Part shown: one piece after another, positions 8,487-16,624 of the stretch | How positions within the stretch are numbered: the stretch's first letter is position 1 | Layout: each line of letters starts with the position of its first letter | Assembly (NCBI RefSeq): GCF_000014265.1 | Contig: NC_008312.1 | Location: forward strand, 4,800,001-4,832,000 | Direction: 5' to 3' | DNA: 32,000 nucleotides | Source: Trichodesmium erythraeum IMS101 | Lineage (GTDB): Bacteria > Cyanobacteriota > Cyanobacteriia > Cyanobacteriales > Microcoleaceae | Program-made: the position numbers and the translations under genes | The notes under the pieces: model-generated | The model's database searches: none | What the model was told of the DNA's origin: nothing | The model's input: only the letters and a program-made list of their open reading frames with translations

Positions 8487-10394
8487 TCAAACTCGATCTA
8501 CCTCTAACTCTCCATTGCTTTTTATCCCCACTTTCAGCGTATGTCCTGCTAATTCGCTGGTGTCAGAAAAATTCTTAAAAATCCAACTATTAAGCGGACG
8601 TTCAACCAAACTTTCCAATACAGTTTTAATTCGTCGTCCTCCAAACAGCAAATTATCTCCTTCTCCCATCCTTTTCCTCAAAACACCATAAACTGAAGGC
8701 TGAAATTTGAGTATTAACTGATACTTTTCTGCTGCTACTTCTGCCAATTTTAGTAATAACTTTTTTCCAATCATACTGACAAATTGCGATCGCAACAAAT
8801 CAAACACCACAATATTGTCCCCCAAACGACTCAGCAACTCGGCCCGACCAATGAGACTCGTAAAATACCAATACACCTCAGCCTCAAAATGAGTTTTTAC
8901 CTCTTCATAACCAAAAACATCCCCATCTTTAACGCGATTCATAATTCCCTCTCGGATAATATTACCAGTTTGGGGGTCAGTTTTGTCAGATGCTCCAATA
9001 TTGCTAGTAAAAATAATCGCCGTTTGGCTAAAATAAGCAGTTTGTCCCTTACCATCGGTCAGTCTGCCATCCTCCAAAATTTGCAGAAATTTATCTAAAA
9101 TTTTAGGATGTGCTTTCTCAATTTCATCAAACAGTAAAATGCTGTAAGGGTAGTCAATAACTCGATTAGTTAGCTGTCCCCCTTCCTCATAACCCGTATA
9201 GCCAGGAGGGGCACCAATTAGCTTTTGGTCCGCGTTTTCTTCCCTATACTCACTCATATCAAAGCGGGCAAAAGCCTCCTCATTACCAAAAACCAGCTTA
9301 GTCATCGCCTTTGCCAGTTCGGTTTTGCCCACACCCGTCGGCCCCACAAAAAAGAAAACCCCTTTCGGTTTACCGCTGGGACCCTTGTTGCTGCTCATGC
9401 TCAACCCCACCCTAGCGGAACTCAACATCGTAGTGACAGCAGAAATCGCCCTCTCTTGTCCCAAGACCATCTCAGACAGTTCTTTCCCGGCATTTGCGAC
9501 TTTATCCGCGCTCAACTTTTCCCAGGGGTCTTCCCGTTGGCCAAACTTATAAAAGTTAACCAACCGCCATATTTTATTAGTTTCCAGGGGAATTTTTTCC
9601 TGCCAGGAAGTATGACGCAAAGCCTCCAGATCCCAGATTTGAAATTCCTCCGTCAGGTCCGCAAACTCCTCTGCCAAGACTTCTAGTTCCGAGGGCTGTT
9701 CTGGAGAAGGGGGATGGACTTCGATACGATCGCCCTCATAAAATCCCCCCATCCCGTTAGCCATAGGAGCAAAAAAGCGCAATGCAAACTCGCGGCGTTC
9801 GTCCTTACTGGGAAGCGAAACTTGTATTCTCCGCAAAAAAGGGTTTTTATGGTAAAACCATTGGGGTACAGTTTCAAGTTCGTTAACTAAAATTACCAGA
9901 GTATTGCGAAATCCTTTTAAAGCACCATTGGCGATTAAAGATGCTTCTAAAGTAGATTTTTTCAACATCATGAGAGGATGTCGCCCGCTGCCTTGACTAA
10001 TACTCTTCGACGCCAACATATCCCCCAGTTCCACCGTCACCGCCACGGATGTTTTTGGTTGGGATAATAACCCAAATATTTGCCGAAACGATTCTTCTAT
10101 AGGTAGATAAGTTTCCAAAGCACCACGACGCAATGCCAAGTTATCAAAAAGTTCCGTCATATCAGGTTTAGCAAACTTGAACTTTTCTATATCGTCGTAA
10201 CTAACAACCAGATCGAACTGGTTATCTAAGAAATAAGATTTTAGGAAATGGTGGATACTCTGATAAGCGCCGCGCCACAAAAAATGGTCGTAAATGTTTC
10301 CGTATAAAATAATATGTTGGCGACGGTGAATCAGCTTTTCAAATTCCTGAATCCATCGTATTTTGAAACTATCGTCAACCACTTTTTTCATCAA
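8487..10394 (-). CDS. AAA+ ATPase: degenerate N-terminal AAA-like domain + ClpA/ClpB D2-type ATPase module
   Basis: aa 310-470 closely match my recollection of ClpB D2: LGQERAISAV...GVFFFVGPTGVGKTELAKA...FDMSEY....KLIGAPPGYTGYEEGGQLT...PYSILLFDEIEKAHP.....LQILEDGRLTDGKGQT..F..T.IIFTSNIG. The N-terminal ~230 aa look like an AAA fold with lost motifs: IILYGNIYDHF in place of Walker A, LVILVNELE in place of hhhhDE, and RRIQVSLPSKDERREFALRFF. Confidence 0.85.
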   Translation of the reverse strand: MMKKVVDDSFKIRWIQEFEKLIHRRQHIILYGNIYDHFLWRGAYQSIHHFLKSYFLDNQFDLVVSYDDIEKFKFAKPDMTELFDNLALRRGALETYLPIEESFRQIFGLLSQPKTSVAVTVELGDMLASKSISQGSGRHPLMMLKKSTLEASLIANGALKGFRNTLVILVNELETVPQWFYHKNPFLRRIQVSLPSKDERREFALRFFAPMANGMGGFYEGDRIEVHPPSPEQPSELEVLAEEFADLTEEFQIWDLEALRHTSWQEKIPLETNKIWRLVNFYKFGQREDPWEKLSADKVANAGKELSEMVLGQERAISAVTTMLSSARVGLSMSSNKGPSGKPKGVFFFVGPTGVGKTELAKAMTKLVFGNEEAFARFDMSEYREENADQKLIGAPPGYTGYEEGGQLTNRVIDYPYSILLFDEIEKAHPKILDKFLQILEDGRLTDGKGQTAYFSQTAIIFTSNIGASDKTDPQTGNIIREGIMNRVKDGDVFGYEEVKTHFEAEVYWYFTSLIGRAELLSRLGDNIVVFDLLRSQFVSMIGKKLLLKLAEVAAEKYQLILKFQPSVYGVLRKRMGEGDNLLFGGRRIKTVLESLVERPLNSWIFKNFSDTSELAGHTLKVGIKSNGELEVDRV

Positions 10395-10528
10395 ATCTCA
10401 TGCTTTTTTGATAAATTAGCCTTGTATTTTGTGAGAAGCAGGAGTGCTGTTTTAGATAACAAAAAGCAATTATATTCAGCAACTCCGGCGACCAAGTCAA
10501 CTTTTAGAGTAGATTACTAAACAATAGC

Positions 10529-10648
10529 CTAGTAACCTTTGCGATACTGAGCTATTAACCACTCTACACAATAATCTACTGCCTTGCGTAGAAGCTCTTT
10601 AGCAACTTCTTTAGCGACAGTCTTTAAGAATTCAGTCCAAACCGACAT
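10529..10648 (-). CDS. small unannotated ORF, 39 aa, predicted amphipathic helical peptide
   Basis: ATG at 10648 preceded by GAGGAG (reverse complement of ctcctc at 10654-10659). The peptide is MSVWTEFLKTVAKEVAKELLRKAVDYCVEWLIAQYRKGY, with a TAG stop at 10531-10529. It is below the ORF-track length cutoff and lies between the 109-aa ORF and the AAA+ gene on the same strand. Confidence 0.45.
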   Translation of the reverse strand: MSVWTEFLKTVAKEVAKELLRKAVDYCVEWLIAQYRKGY

Positions 10649-10704
10649 TTTTTCTCCTCACTATCAAGTTGTTTTGCTTAAGTTAACATTAATTTTGAGA
10701 AACT

Positions 10705-11034
10705 TCAAGACTGGAATTTCTGTGTCTTTTGCTCGTTTTCTTCCCCTACCTCTACAACGGAAGTAGGCTGTTTTTTTAGCTGTGAAGACTCAACTTCCGC
10801 TAATACCTCTTCAAAATTTCTATCGGTTCCTGGTTCGTAAGAAGCCACCTCCGCTAAACCTGTTCCCAATTTACCTCCACGGATTTTTTGCATCATTATT
10901 TTCTTGTTTTCTTCATCTGATAAATTGGGGTCAAAATCATCTCTCATGCCATCAAGGAACCTTTGTGGAGTCAAAGACGGAGCCACGGTATTGATAATTC
11001 CAAAAGCTGCTTTAACTAAATAGTCGAGAATCAT
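10705..11034 (-). CDS. hypothetical protein, 109 aa, acidic C-terminal tail
   Basis: ORF with AGGAG about 9 nt upstream of the ATG. Same strand as, and first gene of, the 2150-11034 cluster. No recognisable motif. Confidence 0.55.
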   Translation of the reverse strand: MILDYLVKAAFGIINTVAPSLTPQRFLDGMRDDFDPNLSDEENKKIMMQKIRGGKLGTGLAEVASYEPGTDRNFEEVLAEVESSQLKKQPTSVVEVGEENEQKTQKFQS

Positions 11035-11301
11035 GTATTTTTAACTCCTGTTAGTGTGTTTAGTCGATAAAAGCACTGCTGTCCTCTCCTTTACTTGGCG
11101 TACTAGCAGTTTGACTAGCTTTACCCTTAAATTTTATTCTAACTTTTGGGGCAGGGGGCGTCAACTTCAACTTCAAGCATTCATTTTTCCAATGAGTTAA
11201 CCGGTTTTTGGGCCATGTAGAGAAACCCGGTTTTTCCAAATGTTTACCTATCATCAACCCCATCATTTATTTGAGATAAAATTTTCTCCATCTCAATAAT
11301 A

Positions 11302-11550
11302 GTGATAAAAATTTCATCTATCAATAAGTATCTCAAACAATTAGAGAAATCTGTAAGCCTTGCACAGATCAATGCAAGCATCAAAATTGTTAAAGTTGCT
11401 CTACTTCCTAAGCACCCATATCTGGCCACGCAACTGAATAACCAGGCTTTCTTATATTATTCTCAAAGGAAATACGAACCAGTGGAAGTATTGCTCAAAC
11501 AAGCACTGGATATTTTTGAGCAAATATATAGGTGGGGAACATCCTCCTAA
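11302..11550 (+). pseudogene. fragment of a TPR (TPR_12 / kinesin-light-chain-like) repeat protein
   Basis: HPYLATQLNNQAFLYYSQRKYEPVEVLLKQALDIFEQI resembles the HP-x-(V/T)A-x-SLNNLA-x-LY-x-xQG-x-YxxAExLxxxAL-x-I consensus. It is truncated, has no plausible N-terminus and is followed by stops. Confidence 0.5.
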
Positions 11551-11944
11551 GATTATGTGCAAAAACTGTGAAGCTTGTCACCAACAACAACAAAGCTAGA
11601 CATAAATTAGGTCACAGATAAGCTTTTGATATTATGTCTCTTTCCTAGAAATATGCAAAAATCTCATAAAATCTATAATAAAGACCGGATTTAACTTTTG
11701 TGAGGCACACTTACGCAGATAATATTTAAGTAATACAGTGTTTTTATGGTTTATCTTGTACCTCATTTATCTGAAATATGCTGTATCTGATTTTTGATCT
11801 AGGTGGGTTGAGGTAGGAAACCTCATAAAAATTAAGGGGGTGTTGGGTTTCACCGTGTTTCTACCCAAACTACTCCTATCCCACATTCCGCACTTCTTAA
11901 GATGAAACTGATAATTTTATCAGGACTTACGCAAAGACACTATA

Positions 11945-12215
11945 TATAGCGCATAGTCAGTAAAGCGATGGCTATAATTTTTAGAGAGCGATCGCTTACT
12001 ATTGGTGGTGTAATCCCTTTCACCCGCGCAATTCCTCTAATACCCATACCGTTAACGTACATTCTCAAGCACAGCCTTTTAAGATCATCGCCGTATTCTC
12101 GTGGTTGAGAAGGTTCGATGAACTGACTGCTACAAGGGACACCAATATAATTCTGCTTGCCTCATTGATGGCCATTTTTGCGGATATGCTAGCAGCCACA
12201 GCCAGGATATTGCAT
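11945..12215 (-). pseudogene. IS1-like transposase N-terminal fragment (zinc ribbon + HTH), disrupted
   Basis: The minus-strand frame reads MQYPGCGC*HIRKNGHQ*GKQNYIGVPCSSQFIEPSQPREYGDDLKRLCLRMYVNGMGIRGIARVKGITPPIV, with two in-frame stops and no DDE part. Confidence 0.5.
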
Positions 12216-12522
12216 AGGTTGAACTCTCACAGGTGTTAATGACGTCAACTATTATAAACCAACAAGCTATTTAAAAAAAATAGATTCATCCCGCTATCTA
12301 CCAACGCCCAAAAAAGACCTTGCTCTACCTGAAGCAGTTGATTATCTTGATAGAACGGATAGAGTTATAATTTACGGGCAAGCATTTTATCTGTTCTTTT
12401 GAAAGAGCATCAATATCCCCTAGTTATACATACTTATTTTTGATACATGGAATGTGCTTCAACATAAACTTCTGAAATAGCTGTATCCCGACAATAAGTT
12501 TATCTATCAAGGTTATTTTTTT

Positions 12523-12890
12523 ATGGGCGCTCGTTTCAGGATTTTTCTCACTAGTGAGCAAGACCAAAAACTACTGAAGCTTAAAACTGAGGATGTACCA
12601 CAGAAAGTCAAACACCGAGCAGAAGTAATTAGGCTCAATGTCTATGGTTGGTATGTCGAAAAAATAGCAGCTCACTTCAACTGGAGTTCACAAACAGTCA
12701 CAACAGTATTGCATAAATGGCAAAAACTTAGCTAAGAAAGACTTTTGGACTCACCAGGGCGAGAGGAAAAACTAAAGTGGTCTGAAGAAGATATGGTCTT
12801 TCTAGAACAATGCCTAACAAAAGAGCAACGTACATATAACTCTGGCCAATTAGGGAAAAAATTAGCTAGCGATCGCCAAACAAAATAAAA
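12523..12890 (+). pseudogene. IS630-family transposase N-terminal (HTH) fragment
   Basis: LTSEQDQKLLKLKT..VPQKVKHRAEVIRLNVYGWYVEKIAAHFNWSSQTV, then a stop, then PGRGEKLKWSEEDMVFLEQCLTKEQRTYNSGQLGKKLA. This is the typical IS630 ORF N-terminus. The DDE domain is absent. Confidence 0.55.
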
Positions 12891-12962
12891 ACTTAGCCCC
12901 GAATTTTCTACTTTACAGGACTAAAAAATTAAGATAAGAAATTTTCATTATGTTTAAGTAAA

Positions 12963-13033
12963 AGCGGGTGGGGGGAATCGAACCCCCATCATTAGCTTGG
13001 AAGGCTAAGGTTTTACCACTAAACTACACCCGC
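12963..13033 (-). tRNA. tRNA-Gly (anticodon UCC)
   Basis: The reverse complement folds as a cloverleaf: acceptor gcgggtg/cacccgc, D arm gttt-agtggta-aaac, anticodon arm ttagc-cTTCCaa-gctaa, T arm ggggg-ttcgatt-ccccc, discriminator U. No encoded CCA. Confidence 0.9.
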
Positions 13034-13105
13034 AGTAGTCATTTAATAAATATAGCACAGTTTCTCAAAATTGCAAGTAAATCAGAAAAAAATATTTTGG
13101 CTCTA

Positions 13106-16100
13106 TCAATTTTCACTTATGGGACTTCTACTCACCAGAAAGCCCAAAATATCTTCATCTATGCCTTTTAGCTTTAAAAATCCATACTTCTTCACCATCC
13201 GACTATCTAAATACTGGGCCACTGTTGCTGATACCAAAATTGTATTTGGCTCTGCGGCCTCTTCTAAACGAGCTGCAATATTTACTGATGGGCCAATCGC
13301 TGTATAATCAGAACGCTTTGGACCACCAAACATCCCTACTACAGCATTCCCCTGATGAATTCCACAACGAAACCTCACAGGAGGCACCCCATTACTTCCA
13401 ATCAATTGCAGATTTTGCCAGCGCTCATTCAACTTATCTAAAGCTTTCAACATTGCCTGAGCCGAAGCTACTGCCCGTCGCGCCTGCTCCTGTGGAGTCA
13501 ACTCTTCAGGTGAACCATAAATTGCCATCACAGCATCTCCCACAAACTTATCTACAGTACCACCATTAGCAAAAATAGCTCTTGTCATTTCTGCCAAATA
13601 TTCATTCAATAAGTCTGCAATACGAGACGACTGCAAAATATTCGACATCCGAGTAAAACCGACAATATCACTAAATAAAACAGTTACCAACCTTGTTTCT
13701 GGTGTAAAATCCAAAACCAACTCTCCTGCTGCTGCCCGTTGCACCATTTCCGATGGTAAAAACCGCTGTAAAACTGACTCCGTCAAATAATAATTCAACT
13801 CCTGCATATGTCGCTCATTCTCTTTCAAAACCAATAAATTTCTAACTTCTGCTAACAATTCTCTATCATTAAACGGTTTTGACAAATAAGCATCTGCTCC
13901 TCTTTCTACCCCTTCAATTCTAGTATCTTCATCTGCTTTAGCAGTTAACAAAATAATAGGCGTACCTCGCAATTGTTTTTCTTCTCTAATCATCTTAATT
14001 AAATCCAAACCAGACACAACTGGCATCATCAAATCAGTTATAATTACATGAGGATGATGAATTTCTGCAAACTCAAATCCCTCAGCTCCATCCCTAGCTA
14101 ACACTACATTAAAGTTAGACTTTCGCAGAATTCTTGAGACATAGTTTCTCAAATCTGGATTATCATCTACAACCAAAATAGTAGTTACTGCCATATCATC
14201 ATAATTAACTGTAGCAATACTTTCTTGTTGGTCTACAGTTTGTAAATCCTCTACTTCTTGTAACTCTGCTTCTACATCCGCCAACTCAACAGCCAACTTA
14301 GTAGCATCAAATTCAGCTGGTGTTTCTAATACTTGGGCTACAGGTAAATGACTCTTTCCTGTTCGCATCCAAACTTTAAAAGTAGTACCTTGACCATAAA
14401 CTGACTCTACACTTATTTGAGCACCGTGAAGTTCCACTAATTCTTTGACTAAAGCTAAACCCAAACCACTTCCTTCGTAAGAACGATTTGCTGAACCTTC
14501 TGCCTGCCGAAATCTTTGAAACAAAAAGGGAATTTGTTCTTGACGAATTCCAATACCAGTGTCTTCTACCTTCAACAGACAATATTCCTGACTAGATTCA
14601 ATTGAGATCCTAATACTACCTCCAGCAGGAGTAAATTTCATAGCATTTGAGAGCAAATTATAGATAACTTTATCAAATTTTTCTACATCTAAATAAACTA
14701 GTAAACAAGTATCACTAAAGTCTGTAACTAAACTTAGTTCTTTTTTCTGGCAGTAGGGGGTAAATGATTCAACAATATTACGACACAGATCCACAAGACT
14801 ACAAGGGCGAAAAGAAGGCTGCATTCGTCCCGCATCAAGTCTTTGTAAATCTAGTAATTGATTAACTAATCTTAAGAGACGACGAGAATTACGCAGAGCG
14901 ATCGCAGAAGATTCTAAAGGTAAATCTTGTTGATAGTTGACTGCTTCCTCTAATAATCCAATCATCAGAGTCAGAGGAGTACGAAACTCATGGGATATAT
15001 TCTGGAAAAATTCTGTTTTGAGGCGATCTGCTTCCAGTAGTCTTTCTGCTTGTTTTCTAGTAGTTTGATAAAGACGGGATTGTTGAACAGCGATCGCCGC
15101 TTGGGAAGCTAGTGCTTCAGCCAGTTCAATTTCTGAAGCCTGCCATTGGCGCTCATAAGAATTATTGCGTAGAGAAATACTACCAATAATTTCACCATCA
15201 ACAATGAGAGGTACCACCATCAAAGCACGAGAATTAGATCGTAACGGGAGATCAGATTTATCAAGTTTTTGATGTTTATTCAGATCGCTAATTGCCACCG
15301 TTTTTTTTGTTTTTAGCAATTCTCCTAAAACAGGATTACTACTAATAGGAACCACTGACTGAGGTAAGTTCATTGAAATCAAGAAGTTTTCATCATTAGA
15401 AACTTGTGTTTCCATCACAGATTGATCTGAAAGAGCTTCGACTTCAGTGGTACTTACAGAAGATTTAGCTTGAGCATCATATAACCCCACAGTCTGAACA
15501 TATTCATCTGCTTCTGTCCACAAAGAAAGAGCACAACCATCTACTTCCAAGGCTTGGCCTAACTCTTGAGTGATAGCAGTAAAAATCTCTTGAGGGTTAA
15601 GACTAGAGCGAATAGCAGTTGTGATCGTATTCACCAGAGTTTCTCGTTGAGCTAGACTTCTCAGTTGTTCATAAGCACGAGCTTGAGATAGAGCTAGAGC
15701 AGCTTGATCAGTAACTGTAATTAACAATTGAACTTCATAGTCTAACCAATTACGGTATTCTCCACACTGGTGTAGTGCTAAAACTGCAATTAATTCTGAT
15801 CGGGAAAATAGAGGCACAATTAAACTAGAATAGACATTTGCTTCTAGATAAGCTTGTTGGCGTTTTTGAGCTTCTACAGTTTCTCCTTTGAGCTTTTCGT
15901 GATTTTTTGTATCTGAAATTATTTCTACAGTATCTGTTTTCCAGATTAATGAAGCCAAAATTTCTTGTGGTATTTTAGGAAGATTATTATTGGTTGATTG
16001 TTTAGAGTTATGTTCTTGATCCTGATAAATAGCAAACCATTCATCTTCTCCATGGTTATCTTGGAAAGGACAGCAGATCGCCAAGTTCACTTCCAACATT

Positions 16101-16624
16101 TGACCAATACTTTCCACTATCCTCTGAAGCATCTCCCGATAATTTGGGGCAGAGCGAATAGTATTAGTAACTGCGTATAGAAGAGATTCTTGCTGAAGAG
16201 CACGACGTAGTTCCTCAGTATGGGATTTTAGGACATTGTGGGTGTCAACTCCCTGCTTTACTAATGCTTTAAGCTCATGATCATCCCAAGGTTTAGTTAC
16301 ATATTTAAAGACCTTACCAGAGTTTATTGCTTCTACTAAGTCTTCTACATCTGTATACCCAGTCAAAATAATCCTAATAGTATTAGGATATTTTTCAGCA
16401 GTAAGACTTAAAAATTCTGTACCACTCATTTTGGGCATTCGTTGGTCTGAAATAATTACAGCTACTTCCCCAGATTTTTCCAGAACTTCGAGGGCTTCTG
16501 AACCACCTTCGGCTCGTAGCACCTTGTAGTTTTGGAAAAAGGTGCGGTACAGAAGATCTAAATTATATGGTTCGTCATCGACAACCAAAATTTTCGTTTT
16601 AGGTTTTTCTTGTCTGAAACTCAT
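13106..16624 (-). CDS. cyaC: multidomain signalling adenylate cyclase: REC - GAF - GAF - HisKA/HATPase_c - REC - class III cyclase
   Basis: N-terminal receiver (ILVVDDEP...IISDQRMPKMSG...KP). Two GAF-like regions. H-box ISHEFRTPLT. N/G boxes LSNAMKFTP, DTGIGI and GSGLGLALV. Second receiver (ILVVDDNPD...IITDLMMPVVSG...SKP). Cyclase core VTVLFSDIVGFT...KFVGDAVMAIYG...GIHQGNAVVG..G.....YT.IGPSVNIAARLE. This domain order matches the published CyaC of Anabaena/Spirulina. Confidence 0.85.
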   Translation of the reverse strand: MSFRQEKPKTKILVVDDEPYNLDLLYRTFFQNYKVLRAEGGSEALEVLEKSGEVAVIISDQRMPKMSGTEFLSLTAEKYPNTIRIILTGYTDVEDLVEAINSGKVFKYVTKPWDDHELKALVKQGVDTHNVLKSHTEELRRALQQESLLYAVTNTIRSAPNYREMLQRIVESIGQMLEVNLAICCPFQDNHGEDEWFAIYQDQEHNSKQSTNNNLPKIPQEILASLIWKTDTVEIISDTKNHEKLKGETVEAQKRQQAYLEANVYSSLIVPLFSRSELIAVLALHQCGEYRNWLDYEVQLLITVTDQAALALSQARAYEQLRSLAQRETLVNTITTAIRSSLNPQEIFTAITQELGQALEVDGCALSLWTEADEYVQTVGLYDAQAKSSVSTTEVEALSDQSVMETQVSNDENFLISMNLPQSVVPISSNPVLGELLKTKKTVAISDLNKHQKLDKSDLPLRSNSRALMVVPLIVDGEIIGSISLRNNSYERQWQASEIELAEALASQAAIAVQQSRLYQTTRKQAERLLEADRLKTEFFQNISHEFRTPLTLMIGLLEEAVNYQQDLPLESSAIALRNSRRLLRLVNQLLDLQRLDAGRMQPSFRPCSLVDLCRNIVESFTPYCQKKELSLVTDFSDTCLLVYLDVEKFDKVIYNLLSNAMKFTPAGGSIRISIESSQEYCLLKVEDTGIGIRQEQIPFLFQRFRQAEGSANRSYEGSGLGLALVKELVELHGAQISVESVYGQGTTFKVWMRTGKSHLPVAQVLETPAEFDATKLAVELADVEAELQEVEDLQTVDQQESIATVNYDDMAVTTILVVDDNPDLRNYVSRILRKSNFNVVLARDGAEGFEFAEIHHPHVIITDLMMPVVSGLDLIKMIREEKQLRGTPIILLTAKADEDTRIEGVERGADAYLSKPFNDRELLAEVRNLLVLKENERHMQELNYYLTESVLQRFLPSEMVQRAAAGELVLDFTPETRLVTVLFSDIVGFTRMSNILQSSRIADLLNEYLAEMTRAIFANGGTVDKFVGDAVMAIYGSPEELTPQEQARRAVASAQAMLKALDKLNERWQNLQLIGSNGVPPVRFRCGIHQGNAVVGMFGGPKRSDYTAIGPSVNIAARLEEAAEPNTILVSATVAQYLDSRMVKKYGFLKLKGIDEDILGFLVSRSPISEN

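Noticed and set aside
8784-9877. Plus- and minus-strand ORFs 8784-9098, 9225-9686, 9325-9552 and 9683-9877 inside the AAA+ gene
   Set aside because: These are shadow or alternative-frame ORFs within a gene that has unmistakable ClpB-D2 motifs. Their translations are low-complexity and motif-free.
2150-10394. Interpretation of the cluster as a type VI secretion locus (PpkA / PppA / Fha / ClpV-like parts)
   Set aside because: No TssB/C, Hcp, VgrG, TssK/L/M or baseplate genes occur anywhere in the window. The AAA+ lacks a ClpV N-domain and an active D1. Only the regulatory logic is similar.
10314-10994. Plus-strand ORFs 10314-10520, 10584-10766 and 10782-10994
   Set aside because: They are antisense to the AAA+ start, to the 39-aa ORF with its SD sequence, and to the 109-aa ORF. 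They have no RBS or motifs, and the cluster is otherwise uniformly on the minus strand.
11060-11429. Minus-strand ORFs 11060-11266 and 11244-11429
   Set aside because: They lie in degraded DNA. 11060-11266 reads through a dispersed gaaacccggttt-type repeat (EKPGF), and 11244-11429 is antisense to the TPR remnant. Neither has a start context. They are probably not genes, although 11060-11266 could conceivably be a tenth cluster gene.
1-12962. Search for a direct repeat of the tRNA-Gly 3' half (att-like) that would define island borders
   Set aside because: I could not find a second copy of ggttcgattcccccacccgc, or of its complement, elsewhere in the window by eye. The island hypothesis therefore rests on IS remnants and composition only.
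12968-13569. Plus-strand ORFs 12968-13171, 13071-13307 and 13225-13569
   Set aside because: The first is the antisense of tRNA-Gly. The others are antisense shadows of the cyclase domain of cyaC.
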